A program made the position numbers and the translations under genes. The notes beneath the pieces are model-generated. The model searched no databases and was not told the DNA's origin. It saw only the letters and a list, made by a program, of their open reading frames with translations. A DNA stretch of 64,000 nt from an uncultured Actinomycetota bacterium (GTDB taxonomy: Bacteria; Actinomycetota; Actinomycetes; JAHEKZ01), in the NCBI GenBank assembly GCA_963829525.1, contig CAWHIJ010000003.1:2720001-2784000 (forward strand), in the 5' to 3' direction. Shown piece after piece: positions 1 through 10,700 of the stretch (its first letter is position 1; each line of letters opens with the position of its first letter).

Positions 1-294
1 ACCATCGAGTCGTTCTTCCCTGGCTTCGGTGACCTTGTTCTTCACCGCGAAGTCGTGACACCCCTGGACATCGAGCGAGTAGTCGGGCTGTCCGAGGGCA
101 ACATCTACGCGGGTGACTACCTGCTGCCGCAGATGTACTTCTTCCGGCCCGCTCCGGGCTGGAGCCAGTACCGGACCCCGATCGATGGTTACTACCAGTG
201 CGGATCGGGAACCCACCCAGGCGGTTGTGTCACCGGTGCTCCGGCTCGCCTCGCGAGCCAGCAGATTCTCAAGGACCGTGCGAACAAGAGCTAG
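1..294 (+). CDS. NAD(P)/FAD-dependent oxidoreductase, phytoene desaturase family (C-terminal part, truncated by window start)
   Basis: Open frame from base 1; motifs TPLDIERVVGLSEGNI and YRTPIDGYYQCGSGTHPGGCVTGAP typical of the family C-terminus. Confidence 0.8.
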   Translation, partial: TIESFFPGFGDLVLHREVVTPLDIERVVGLSEGNIYAGDYLLPQMYFFRPAPGWSQYRTPIDGYYQCGSGTHPGGCVTGAPARLASQQILKDRANKS

Positions 295-342
295 GCCGAG
301 TGTGGCCTTTCGCGAGAGGCATTTGACGGGAGACTGATCCTC

Positions 343-1500
343 ATGCGCTTGCGTGTGGTGATCCTCGTCTACCTCGCTCTCTTCGTTGGCGAGCTGTCGT
401 GGTCCGGGGTCACCCCGCTGATTCCTTCCTACATCGAGCAGTACGACCTTTCGGACTTCGAGGGGGGCCTTGTACTGTCGGTCGCAAGCTTCGGGATCCT
501 CATTGCTTCGCTGCCGGCGAGTGCCATCACCCGTCGAGTCAGCCCCCGGACGATGATGCTGACGGCAATGGCCGTGATCGCTTTCGCCGGATTCGCCATG
601 GCTCTGGCACCCAGTTACGGCGCCATCGTGTTCGCCCGGCTGATCTTTGGGCTCGGATTCGGAACTCTCTGGGTCTCGATGGCAGCCTGGCTTGACGACG
701 CAGCGGGGCATAACAGTGCGAAGGTTCTGGCTCTGACGACGTCGGTCGTCGGCGTGAGCTCAATGTTGGGGCCTGCCTACGCCGGCTGGGTGGCTGACCG
801 CTACGGGGTCAGCGCACCGTTCGTTGGGCTCGCCATCATCACCGTATTGCTCTTCGCCCTTCTTCTCTTCGACAGGTCCGGCACCGGTCTGCGCAAGGAT
901 CCGGCACCGCCCTTTCGCGAGATCGCGCGCGCGGTCCACTCTGATCCAGACCTGGTCACCATGCTGCTACTGACCATTGCTGCCGCGGTTGTCTGGATGA
1001 CGGCGGACCTGCTGGTGCCGCTGCGGCTCGACCTCGGGGGGTATAGCGCGGCTGCGATTGGCATCGCCTTCTCGGCCTCTTCCCTGGTGTTCGTGACTGC
1101 TGGAGCTCTGACAGCAAGAGGCGTGGACCGCTGGGCCCGGCCCGAGATCGCTGCGACCGCCACCGCTGGACTTGCGGTCTGCACGGTACTTCCTGCGCTG
1201 CTCCTCGGAGTGCCAGTCACCTTGGTCTTCCTTTTCGGGGCAAGCATCGCCACAGGGATTATTGCGGCGCTCACCTTTCCCTTTGGCCTCCTTGCGGTCG
1301 GGCGGGGGGCAGTGACTGTCGCCGTCATGAGCGCCCTCGCCAACATCATCTGGGCGCTTTCAGGAATGTTCGGTCCCACCGTGGGAGGAGCCTTCGCCGA
1401 GTGGGCCGGAGATCGCACGGCGTTCGCCGTCCTCGCGGCAGTCTGCGCTGTCGTCGCACTTGACGTCCTGCGCCGTGCGCGTCGGACAGCGGCAGCCTGA
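343..1500 (+). CDS. MFS transporter
   Basis: 385 aa, about 12 hydrophobic segments, ARLIFGLGFG MFS-like motif. Confidence 0.85.
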   Translation: MRLRVVILVYLALFVGELSWSGVTPLIPSYIEQYDLSDFEGGLVLSVASFGILIASLPASAITRRVSPRTMMLTAMAVIAFAGFAMALAPSYGAIVFARLIFGLGFGTLWVSMAAWLDDAAGHNSAKVLALTTSVVGVSSMLGPAYAGWVADRYGVSAPFVGLAIITVLLFALLLFDRSGTGLRKDPAPPFREIARAVHSDPDLVTMLLLTIAAAVVWMTADLLVPLRLDLGGYSAAAIGIAFSASSLVFVTAGALTARGVDRWARPEIAATATAGLAVCTVLPALLLGVPVTLVFLFGASIATGIIAALTFPFGLLAVGRGAVTVAVMSALANIIWALSGMFGPTVGGAFAEWAGDRTAFAVLAAVCAVVALDVLRRARRTAAA

Positions 1501-1517
1501 ACCACAAACAGCTAGGA

Positions 1518-3119
1518 CTAGGGAAGCGTCCGCGCTTCTGCTTCGAGCGCTTCAGCGTCGAAGTCGTCCAGGTCAGGCATACCACCGTCCTGCCGCGTCC
1601 GCAGGGGAACCTGCGGAACGAAGATGGCAAGTATGAAAGCAACAGCCATGATGGGAACTGCTACCAGGAAGGTCGTATCGATCGCTCTGGCAAAAGCGCC
1701 GAGCACTTCGCTCTGCAGCTCAGGTGGAAGCGCCTGGATGGATGCCATCGACGTCGTTGGGTCACCCCCCGATCCACCCGAAGGCATGATGGCTGACATC
1801 TCAGTCGCCAACCGCGCCGCCCAGACCGCGCCGAAGACGGCCGTCCCGAAAGAGCCACCAATCGAACGGAAGAAGGTCGAGCCACTCGTGGCCGTCCCGA
1901 TGTCACGGGGTTCAACGGAGTTCTGCACCGCCAGTACTAGGACCTGCATCACGTTCCCGAGCCCGGCACCCAGCACCAGCATCGCGATGGCTATCTGCCA
2001 GTAAGGCGTCGTTCCCCCGAGTTGAGAAAGCAGAAAGAGCCCAACCGTGGCGAGTGCCGTTCCGATGAGCGGGTATGCCTTGTACTTGCCTGTTTTCGTG
2101 ATGAGTCGTCCACTCATGATCGATGTCACCAAGATCCCGGCCATCAGTGGAAGCAGCTGAAGTCCGGCGACGGTTGGGGTCGAGCCGTACACCACCTGCA
2201 GGTAGATGGAGAGGTAGACGATCGACCCGAACATCGCAAAGCCGGTGACGAACCCGATCCCTGAGGTGACCGTGAAGACACGATTTCGGAAGAGGTCCAT
2301 CGAGACCATCGGCTCTGGCGCGCGGAGCTCTTGCCAGACGAAGGCAGCGGTCGCCCCTATCCCCACGAGTGCCAGTCCAACGATCTGGATCGAACCCCAG
2401 GCGTACTCATTGCCACCCCAAACGGTCACCATGAGGAGACTGGTCACCCCGGTGATGAGCAAGATGGCGCCGAGCCAGTCGATGCGATGTTCGGTGCGGT
2501 GCCGCGGCAGGTGAAGGACCGAGCCGATCACGAGAAAAGCTGCGATGCCAAGTGGCAAGTTGATGTAGAAGATCCATCGCCACGACAGTTGCTCGGTGAA
2601 GAACCCACCGAGCAGGGGGCCGATGACGCTGGCGAGACCGAACACCCCGCCGAACAGGCCTACGTAACGCCCACGCTCACGGGGCGGGATGAGATCGGCG
2701 ATGACCGCCATGACCAGAACCATCAGACCGCCGCCGCCTAGCCCCTGCAGCGCCCTGGTGGAGATGAGTTGAGCCATGTTCTGCGACAAGCCGGCCAGTG
2801 CGGATGCGATGACGAAGATGACCACCGCGGTTTGGAGCATGAGCTTTCGCCCATAGAGATCCGAGATCTTCCCCCAGATTGGTGTACTCGCAGTCGCGGC
2901 CAGCAGATAGGCGGTGACGACCCAAGAGAGCTCGTTCAGCCCGCCAAGATCACTGGTGATCGTGGGGAGTGCCGTCGACACGATTGTCTGGTCGAGCGCT
3001 GCCAGCAGCATCGTGAGCATGAGAGCCCCGAGTGCCCAGTAAAGGTGACTGGTACCCGACTTCTCATACGTCGACTCAACGTCCTGCAGTTGGGTGGATG
3101 GGTTGGGGGAGGCGGTCAC
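1518..3119 (-). CDS. MDR-type MFS transporter, DHA2 (EmrB/QacA) family
   Basis: LAALDQTIVSTALPTI, WVVTAYLL, GKISDLYGRK, SWRWIFYINLPLG motifs; 14-TM pattern. Confidence 0.92.
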   Translation of the reverse strand: MTASPNPSTQLQDVESTYEKSGTSHLYWALGALMLTMLLAALDQTIVSTALPTITSDLGGLNELSWVVTAYLLAATASTPIWGKISDLYGRKLMLQTAVVIFVIASALAGLSQNMAQLISTRALQGLGGGGLMVLVMAVIADLIPPRERGRYVGLFGGVFGLASVIGPLLGGFFTEQLSWRWIFYINLPLGIAAFLVIGSVLHLPRHRTEHRIDWLGAILLITGVTSLLMVTVWGGNEYAWGSIQIVGLALVGIGATAAFVWQELRAPEPMVSMDLFRNRVFTVTSGIGFVTGFAMFGSIVYLSIYLQVVYGSTPTVAGLQLLPLMAGILVTSIMSGRLITKTGKYKAYPLIGTALATVGLFLLSQLGGTTPYWQIAIAMLVLGAGLGNVMQVLVLAVQNSVEPRDIGTATSGSTFFRSIGGSFGTAVFGAVWAARLATEMSAIMPSGGSGGDPTTSMASIQALPPELQSEVLGAFARAIDTTFLVAVPIMAVAFILAIFVPQVPLRTRQDGGMPDLDDFDAEALEAEARTLP

Positions 3120-3544
3120 AGACTCTCCATGCTCTTGGCCAGACGACGGGTAAGACGGGTTAGTGTGGCGAGGTCTCTCTCAGACCAGTCGGCGACGGCA
3201 TCGCTCAACATCGCGAGCCGTTGCTGTCGGGCGTCGGCGACGACTTGCTCGCCCGACTTGGTGACTTCCAACAGAGTGGCTCGGCCATCTTCAGGGTCCG
3301 GTGTGCGAACCAGGTAGCCGTCGTTCTCCAGAGCTCTGAGATGGCGGCTCACTGTGGAGGCGTCCAGACAGGCGCGCTCGGCGAGGTCGCTGCCCCGGAG
3401 CGGACCGACTGCCGTCAAGTGTGCCAACAGCGCAACCACCGACTTGTCGTGAGCCGATCCAGGCGACTGCCTGCGCGCGGCCATGACGACGTCCCGTAAG
3501 GAATCCGCCAACTCCGCCAGATGATCTTTAGTTGCTTGCACCAT
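3116..3544 (-). CDS. MarR family transcriptional regulator
   Basis: LAERACLDASTVSRHLRALENDGYLVRTPDPEDGRA winged helix; overlaps the efflux gene start by 4 bp. Confidence 0.9.
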   Translation of the reverse strand: MVQATKDHLAELADSLRDVVMAARRQSPGSAHDKSVVALLAHLTAVGPLRGSDLAERACLDASTVSRHLRALENDGYLVRTPDPEDGRATLLEVTKSGEQVVADARQQRLAMLSDAVADWSERDLATLTRLTRRLAKSMESL

Positions 3545-3549
3545 GCAAC
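3531..3549. promoter_or_regulatory. Candidate MarR autoregulatory operator (GTTGC-N9-GCAAC) over the marR start
   Basis: Inverted repeat GTTGCTTGCACCATGCAAC overlapping the start codon; TAAGGT -10-like hexamer adjacent on the minus strand. Confidence 0.45.
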
Positions 3550-3637
3550 CTTATCACCAACCTTCGAGACAACCAATGCGCAGCCAGTTCACGAGGCATC
3601 ATGACTCGCCGCTAGGCTGAAAAATCCAGCCCTCGGC

Positions 3638-3647
3638 CGCCCTCGTA
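3638..3647 (+). repeat. Direct repeat copy 1 (CGCCCTCGTA) = orphaned 5' end of tRNA-Arg; putative target-site duplication
   Basis: Exact match (12 bp with flanks, CCGCCCTCGTAG) to 7290-7301 and 12131-12142. Confidence 0.8.
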
Positions 3648-3914
3648 GGTGTTGCGGAAAACCTCAGACGAGCGCTTGACTTTGGGCGATGCGCCGGGGA
3701 AGTCCGGCGATGGAAGTGACCACTCCCTTTCCTGGAAATGAGCTCAGCCAAGGACGAGGAAGCACGGTGACCGCACTTGACCAGATTTCACCGTGGAGTG
3801 GTCGATCTCGGGGAGGGTGGCACCCCAACGAAATGAGCCCCTTCGGCGTAGCTGACTGATGGGAACCGGTTGTCCCGATCTCCGAACTGACCGTCTCTTC
3901 ATGCGGTACCTGAG

Positions 3915-4676
3915 TCATAGGACGTCCCTCTTTGGACTCAGTCGGAGGGCAAGGGCGACCGCCACGGCGGTGTAGGCAGCCAGAAGAAGAGCGGCGGCGG
4001 ACCCGGACAGCAGGTTGCCTTCCGGGTCGATGGACGGGCCCATCTGCAGGAGCACGAAGGTCGTCGCCCCGGGCATCCATCGACCCACCTCCGGATAGGA
4101 AGTGATGATCAACTGCTCGATGGCCAGCATCCACACCAGCACGGCCACGACGGCGGTGATCTGGTTTCTCACCAATGCGCCGATCGCGACGCCGATGACG
4201 CCGAACACCGGCAGCACCACGAAGCTGGCCGCCGTCATCGTCCAGAACGTCGCCCCGAAGCTCACCTCGCCGCCCCGGAAGCCGATCAACGCGGCACTCA
4301 ATGGCACCGAGACCATGAGGGTCAACGTGGTGACCACGACACCCACGAGCGCCAGGGTCATCAACTTCGCCACCAGGATGCGGGTACGCCGAGGCTCTAC
4401 CAGGTACGTCGAGGTGATGGTTCCGTAGCGGAACTCCTGGGTGAAGGCGACCCCGCCTAGCAAGAGCATCAGGACGAGCGGGGCCCCGAAGCTGTTGCCA
4501 ACGGCGACAGCCAGGAGACGTGGGTCGTCGAGCGAGACCGGCACGTTCTGGGCGCCCTCCTGCGGAATGGTCACTGCGGCCGTCCATGGGACTAAAGCCA
4601 GCGTCGCGAGCAACAGCGCTATCTGTGTCCGCGTGGAGCGGATCTTGCGCTGCTCCGCAAGGATAAGTGCCTTCAC
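3915..4676 (-). CDS. ABC-2 type transporter permease
   Basis: GTG start overlapping the ATPase stop (GTGA); AEQRKIRSTR, TQEFRYGTITSTYLVEPRRTRILVAK, C-terminal KRDV; 6 TM segments. Confidence 0.88.
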   Translation of the reverse strand: MKALILAEQRKIRSTRTQIALLLATLALVPWTAAVTIPQEGAQNVPVSLDDPRLLAVAVGNSFGAPLVLMLLLGGVAFTQEFRYGTITSTYLVEPRRTRILVAKLMTLALVGVVVTTLTLMVSVPLSAALIGFRGGEVSFGATFWTMTAASFVVLPVFGVIGVAIGALVRNQITAVVAVLVWMLAIEQLIITSYPEVGRWMPGATTFVLLQMGPSIDPEGNLLSGSAAALLLAAYTAVAVALALRLSPKRDVL

Positions 4677-5596
4677 AAGTCCACCTCCTGGGCTGACTCC
4701 CGGTGCTTCACGTCGTCGGCGTCCTTGATGAGCCGGAAGAAGGCCTGCTCGAGGTCCGCGGTCCCCACGAGGCTGTGCAGCACCACTCCGTGCGCAGCTG
4801 CAATCTCCCCGACGTCTTCGGGCGTCGCGTCGACCGCGAGCCCGTCGTCGGTCTGTCGGTGGGTGTGGCCTGCGGCGTCGAGCGCAGCCCCGAGCCGGTC
4901 CAAGTGCGGCGTGCGTATCCGAGAACCAACGCCTGCCTCGGAGCGGAACTCGGCGAGCGTGGACGACCGGAGCAGCTGCCCGTGCGCCAGCACGAGCACG
5001 TGGTCGGCGGTCAGCTCCACCTCGCTCAGTGCATGACTGGACAGCAGAACCGTCCGGCCCTCGTCGGCGAGGCGACGCACGTATCCACGCAGCCATCGCA
5101 CACCCGGCGGGTCGAGGCCGTTCGTCGGCTCGTCCAGGACCAGCACCGCCGGGTCGCCAAGCATCGCGGCGGCCAGCCCCAGCCGCTGGCGCATCCCGAG
5201 GGAGTACTCACCAACCCGCTGCCGTGCGTCCCCAGCGAGACCGGTCTCTTCCAGGACGCGATCAGGCGCCTCATGCGGCAGACGAGCCGCGGTCGCGAGG
5301 ATGCGCAGGTGGGCAAGTGCCGTACGCCCCGGGTGGCAGCCGGACGCCTCGAGCAGTGCGCCGACCTGACGGACCGGGTCCGACAGCTCGTCGTACCGCT
5401 GCCCGTCGAACGTGGCCGTCCCGCTGCTGGGCGCCACAAGACCCAGCATCATCCGCATGGCGGTTGTCTTGCCGGCTCCGTTCGGCCCGAGCAAGGCCGT
5501 CACCTGACCCGGCAGAGCGACGGCGCTCACGTCGTCGACGGCGACGAACTCGCCGAATGCCTTGGTCAATCCGCGCAGCTCGATTCGACGTGCCAT
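4673..5596 (-). CDS. ABC transporter ATP-binding protein
   Basis: Walker A GPNGAGKTT, signature YSLGMRQR, Walker B VLVLDEPTNGLD, SSH switch. Confidence 0.95.
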   Translation of the reverse strand: MARRIELRGLTKAFGEFVAVDDVSAVALPGQVTALLGPNGAGKTTAMRMMLGLVAPSSGTATFDGQRYDELSDPVRQVGALLEASGCHPGRTALAHLRILATAARLPHEAPDRVLEETGLAGDARQRVGEYSLGMRQRLGLAAAMLGDPAVLVLDEPTNGLDPPGVRWLRGYVRRLADEGRTVLLSSHALSEVELTADHVLVLAHGQLLRSSTLAEFRSEAGVGSRIRTPHLDRLGAALDAAGHTHRQTDDGLAVDATPEDVGEIAAAHGVVLHSLVGTADLEQAFFRLIKDADDVKHRESAQEVDL

Positions 5597-5631
5597 AGCG
5601 CCTCCATCACGCGACACCGCGATGAGTTTCC

Positions 5632-5660
5632 TCAGGCAACCTGATAGTCAAGTATCCTGA
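5632..5660. promoter_or_regulatory. Tandem palindromic operator boxes TCAGG-N3-CCTGA between divergent ABC and marR genes
   Basis: TCAGGCAACCTGA (5632-5644) and TCAAGTATCCTGA (5648-5660). Confidence 0.55.
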
Positions 5661-5665
5661 GCAAT

Positions 5666-6100
5666 GTGCCACAGCGACTAGAACGCGTCAACACCGTTTC
5701 CCTCCTGGGCCGCGCCTACAGCCTCCTCGGGTTCCAGATAGTCGACGGCGTAGTCGGGGCCGGATTCCCGCAGAAGCCGGCCCACTCCGCTGTATTCGGG
5801 CAGATCTCGCCTGACGGTTCGCGGTTGACCGATCTGGCCCAGCGCGCGAACATGTCCCCGCAAGCGATGGGCGAGCTCGTCGACGAGCTCGAAGGAATGG
5901 GCTACCTCGTCCGCCGCCCCGACCCGACCGACCGGCGGGCCAAACTGATCACACTGACCAAGAAGGGGCACGCCTGCATCGCCGCCGGCACCGCCACCAT
6001 CGATAACATCGAGCAGCGCCTGACCGACCTGCTCGGCGAGCGCGGCCACCGTCAACTGCGTCGGCTCCTCGCCCAACTCCTGGACGAGGGCAGTGTCTGA
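5666..6100 (+). CDS. MarR family transcriptional regulator
   Basis: RLTDLAQRANMSPQAMGELVDELEGMGYLVRRPDPTDRRAKLITLT. Confidence 0.92.
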   Translation: MPQRLERVNTVSLLGRAYSLLGFQIVDGVVGAGFPQKPAHSAVFGQISPDGSRLTDLAQRANMSPQAMGELVDELEGMGYLVRRPDPTDRRAKLITLTKKGHACIAAGTATIDNIEQRLTDLLGERGHRQLRRLLAQLLDEGSV

Positions 6101-6137
6101 CCAACTTGTTGCGTTCCTCGAGGATGGCTACGCCTAG

Positions 6138-7094
6138 GCCGCACAGCACCGCACCTGGCTCAGCCGTGCCCACCCCAACAAGAAGACCGGCGAGATCCGA
6201 CCCGTTCGCCAGGATCCCGCACGGCACCTCTACGGCGAGGCCGGTCAAGAGGGAATGGCCTGGGGAACGAAGTTCGCGATCGCATCGGTGCGCTCCCCGA
6301 TGAGCGGTCACCGAGTCGTCCTCGGCGTCGAGCACGTCCCCCACCGCGGTGGAGGAGGGGAGGCTGGGCGATTCGTCAACCTGATCGTCGACCTAGCCAG
6401 CCGAGCGCCTGGGATCTCGGCGTTTGTCGCCGATGGCGCGCTACGTGGAATGCACATCGCGCGGGTGCAGAACGAGACCGGCTGCCCGGTGATCTCCCCC
6501 GCTCGCCGCAAGAGCAAGGAGCGAGGCGGCATCGTCATCGGCAAGCACGGACACGCCGCCGCCCAGCTCCCGCCGAGCCGGGCGCGCACCGCGTGGATAG
6601 AAGAGTGCGGCGGGCACGTCCTGTACGCCGCCGGAGGAGCGATCTACGAGCGCGTCGTGACCGCCGACGGAAGCCTCGACTTCGTCGAAGTTATACGGCA
6701 CCAGACCAAACGGGACCGCAAGCCGGACGGCAGTTGGGCGTTCTACGCCCGCCACGCCCTGACCTGTCGATCGAGCGAAACCACGCACGACTGGTGGGAA
6801 CCGCTCACCCCGACCCAAACGGATGAGGCACACAAGTTCAACCGCAGCGACTACCTGCGCGTCCTGCCGCCGACCGATCCCGACTACTCCCGCGTCTACG
6901 GGATGCGCGCAGACACCGAGTCACTCAACGCGCAGTTCGAGCGCGCCTTCTACAACCGGCGGCTCCCCGCGTGGGGTTTGCACAACCAGACCGTCATCGT
7001 GCTGATGGCCGCACTCGCCCAGAACGCTTGGGCCCGCCATACCTGGCAGCGAGCGATCGACCGACAACAGTCACCGCCGCAAGTGGCTGCCTGA
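6138..7094 (+). pseudogene. N-terminally truncated DDE transposase (IS4/IS5/IS1182-superfamily-like), copy 1
   Basis: Frame open from about 6138 (RQDPARHLYGEAGQEGMAWGTKF); second-Asp motif FVADGAL; Y-x2-R-x3-E motif YGMRADTESLN; no DNA-binding N-terminus visible. Confidence 0.7.
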
Positions 7095-7280
7095 CTCCCC
7101 TGCCTCACACTGAACCGCGCACCTGAGTTCAACCGCGCCCAAAGCTCGGGTACTGCCAAGAATCCGCGCCCCCGACACTCGCTCCGGGGCCAGTTCGAGC
7201 AGGAATCCAGCCCCCTAGACTCAACAAGCCCCGATCCGACCAGATCGCGGCAGGGTCCAGCAGGTTTCCCACAAGGAATC

Positions 7281-7310
7281 CCGCACGTCCCGCCCTCGTA
7301 GGACGTGCGG
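7281..7310. repeat. Junction between units: perfect inverted repeat CCGCACGTCC / GGACGTGCGG around the tRNA-derived 10-mer CGCCCTCGTA
   Basis: Read directly: 7281-7290, 7291-7300, 7301-7310. Confidence 0.9.
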
Positions 7311-7665
7311 AAAACTCCCGGCACCCCTGCTGACCTGCATGGTCGCTATGGGCGAACCGCCCTGTGGAAGTGGGATGGCCCCGATCTGGAAGTAGGTCAT
7401 CGTCCAGATTGGGTTCGTTACCAAGACTTTCCTCAGAGTGGGTGCTCGGCTTCTCTTTGGAACTTGCAGTCGCAGTCCTCAGCTCGCTCCAGCTGCTTGG
7501 TGAACTTGTGGTGACCTCACACCGGCGGGCGCTGGACTGGCTCCCGATTGTCAGGCTTGGCGCACATAATCCCAGTTATCGCACGCTGGTGAACTGGTGC
7601 AGGGCAACTCAGAGTGCCTGGTGTGACCCGACGGCGCGGTCGGCGTGAGGCGGCGCGGAACGCAG

Positions 7666-7699
7666 TGGAGCCCCCGAGGGAATGTCCTCAGGGGCTCCA
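7666..7699 (-). terminator. GC-rich hairpin downstream of the adhesin-like gene
   Basis: TGGAGCCCCCGAGG...CCTCAGGGGCTCCA, 15 bp after the stop codon. Confidence 0.6.
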
Positions 7700-7713
7700 G
7701 TGATGCTGCGGTT

Positions 7714-10700
7714 CTACGTGCTGTCGTTGGTGTCTCCCTGACTCAGGCTGTAGTCGACGTTGGTGTCGGTGCCGATGCCGCCGGAGAAGAAGTCTCCACC
7801 TGCACCGCCGGTGAGGCGGTCATCGCCGTCACCGCCGAGGAGCCGGTCCGGGCCGCGCCCACCTGCCAACACATCGTTGCCGTTCCCGCCGTTGAGGACG
7901 TCGGCACCATTTCCCCCACAGAGCAGGTCCGCGCCATCGAGACCCTTCAATGTGTTCGCTCCGGCTAGACCGAACAACATGTCCACACCAGCGGTTCCGG
8001 TCAAGGTGTCGCCGCCTGAGGTCCCGGCTATGACCCGAATAGTGGCCGACGTGCTGCCACCGGCTCCGTCCGAAACGGACACCGTCAGTGTGCTGGTGCC
8101 TGACTTCTTCGCCAGAGCCGACACTGACAAGGTCCGGGTGCTTCCTGCGCCGGTGACGGTCACGCGACTGTTCGGCAGCAGTCCGGTGTTGCTGGAGGTG
8201 ACCGACACCGTCAGCCCCGAGTTGGGTGAGTCGACATCGGAGAGAGTCAGAAGCATCTGGCCCGATGCAGCGGTATCACTGGTACAGACCGCCGGTGTCA
8301 CCGCCACGGTAGGCGCGTCATTGACCGCGAGGACGTTGATCCTGACGAGGGCAGTCAAACTCTGCCCGCCGTTGCCGTCAGATGCCTGGTACCAGAAACC
8401 GTCCCCGCCGTTGAAGTCCGCGTTGGGTGTGTACGTGAACGAGCCGTTGGCGTTCAGCGACAGTGTCCCGTAGGAAGGCCCACTGACCAGCGCCGCCGTC
8501 AATGCGTCTCCGGCATCGACGTCGGTGTCATTGCTGAGAATGCCCGGGGTCGCGACAGTCAGTGCCGTGTCCTCGGTCGTGAAGTACCCGTCGTTGCGCG
8601 CGACCGGCGCGTCATTGACCCCGACGACCTCGATCGTGACGGTCGTAGTATTACTCTGCCCACCGTTGCCGTCCGATGCCTGGTACGTGAAACCGTCCGA
8701 GCCGTTGAAGTTCCCGTCAGGTGTGTAGGTAAAGGAGCCGTTGGCGTTCAGCGTCAGCGAACCGCTTGAGGCATCGGTCACAAGCACCGCATGCAACGTG
8801 TCTCCGGCATCGTCGTCAGTGTCATTGCCCAGCACCCCAGGCGCGGCCACAGTCAGCGGCGTGTCCTCGTTCGTTGAGTACGCGTCATCGTCTGCGACCG
8901 GTGAGGAGTTAGGCGGCGACACGCTGATTCTGACTGTCGCGATGTTGCTTTGAGCGCCGAGGAAATCTTTGGCCCGGTAGGTGAACCAGTCAACCCCAGT
9001 GAACCCCGGATCCGGGCTGTAGAGGGGCGGGTCGCACACTCCCAAACACCTCTGCGTGACCGAGCCGTGTTCCGGCTGCTGCACGATCACGATGTCCCGG
9101 TACTGCAAGAGGTCACCGTCCGGGTCGGAGTCGTTATCAAACACCCGGATGGTTACCTCGCTACCTGGGCCAGCGTTTACCACGTCGGCCGTGTCGTCTA
9201 CGGCGATAGGTGCCACGTCGGCAACCACTGTGATCGTCACCGTCGCGGTGTCGGTTCTTACACCGTCGGACACTTCATAGGTCAGGGTGTCGAGGCCGAC
9301 GAACCCTGGATTAGGCGTGTAGCGAAGAAGACCACCACTCGGGGACAACAGTGCGGTGCCGTTGTCCGCTTCCGTGAGAATCTGGTACGTCAGAGGATCG
9401 CCGTCCGGATCGGAGTCATTCGCTGCCGTGTCGATGGCGATCTCTTCGCCAGCGGTAGGCCCGGACCGTGTGGTCCCCGAGTCATCACCGGCGACCGGTG
9501 CAGTGTTGCAGGACTCATAGACGATCGCTGTACCAGAAAATGACTCCGCCCCGGTGATCGTGCCTCCGCACTTGTTCGTGAAGGTGCCGTCCACAGCCAC
9601 CTGTGAGGTGTTGTTGAACTCCCCATAGTTGAGATAGTCGCCATACACCGTGATGTCGCCATCGTTGTTGACCACGCCACGGTTGGCCCCGCCGAGGCGT
9701 AGCGTGCCACTGAGCCTGTTCCGGATGGCCCCCCCGGCGATGTTCGAGATGTTTCCGCTCATGGTGCTGGTGCCGGTGTTCTCAAAGGTGCCGGAGTTGG
9801 ACATAGTTCCGGATCCGCTCAGCGTTCCGCTGTTGTCCAACCGCCCCTCGTTGACCACAGGAGCGTTGTTGTTCAAGGCCCCCGCGTTGCTGATTATCCC
9901 CTGGGCGTTGTTGTTCAGCGTTCCCCCGATGTTGTTGTTCAGCGTTCCCCCGATGTTGTTGTTCAGCCTTCCCCCGGGCTTGTTGTTCAAGGCCCCCGCG
10001 TTGCTGATTATCCCCTGGGCGTTGTTGTTCAGCGTTCCCCCGATGTTGTTGTTCAGCGTTCCCCCGGGGCGGTTGTTTAGCCTTCCCCCGGGGTTGTTGT
10101 TCAGCGTCCCCCCGTTGTTCAGCGTCCCCCCGGGGTCGTTGTTCAGCGTCCCCCCGGGGTCGTTGTTCAGCGTTCCCCCGGGGCGGTTGTTCAGCGTTCC
10201 CCCGTTGTTGTTGTTCAGCGTCCCGAGGTTGTTCAGCGTCCCGAGGTTGTTCAGCGTCCTGAAGTTGTTCAGCGTCGCCAAGTTCGTCAGCGTCCCGGCG
10301 TTGATGTTCAGCGTCGCCACGTTCGTCAGCGTCCCGGCGTTGATGTCCAGCGTCCCGGCGTTGATGTTCAGCGTCCCAGCGTTGATGTCCAGCGTCCCGG
10401 CGTTGATGTTCAGTGCCCCTGTGCTATTCAGCGTCCCTGTGCTATTCAGCGTCCCCGTGGTGTTCAGCGTCCCCGTGCTGGTCAGCGTCCCGAAGTTGGT
10501 CAGGGTCGCAAAGTTGTTCAGGGTCGCAAAGTTGTTCAGTGTCCCGAAGTTGTTCAGTATCGCCGTGTTTTGAATGGACGAGTAGGAGTTCGCGATCGTG
10601 ATGGTGCCGGTGTTGTCTGTCGTGTAGTCGTTGTAGAGGGCGCCACTGCTGACACTGTCGCCGAGGATGAGGGTGCCGTCGTTCCGGAAGGCGTATTCAC

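Larger units (their letters stand above)
3648..7290 (+). mobile_element. Cargo-carrying transposon-like unit 1 inserted at the tRNA-Arg 5' end (ABC exporter + MarR + truncated DDE transposase)
   Basis: Left end GGTGTTGCGGAAAAC, right end GGAATCCCGCACGTCC; flanked by CGCCCTCGTA direct repeats. Confidence 0.75.

Noticed and set aside
7311-7660. Short ORFs at the left end of unit 2
   Set aside because: No recognisable motifs; probably decayed sequence
9650-10573. 307-aa hydrophobic repeat ORF (LFSVPP) on the + strand
   Set aside because: Antisense shadow of the GTLNN repeats
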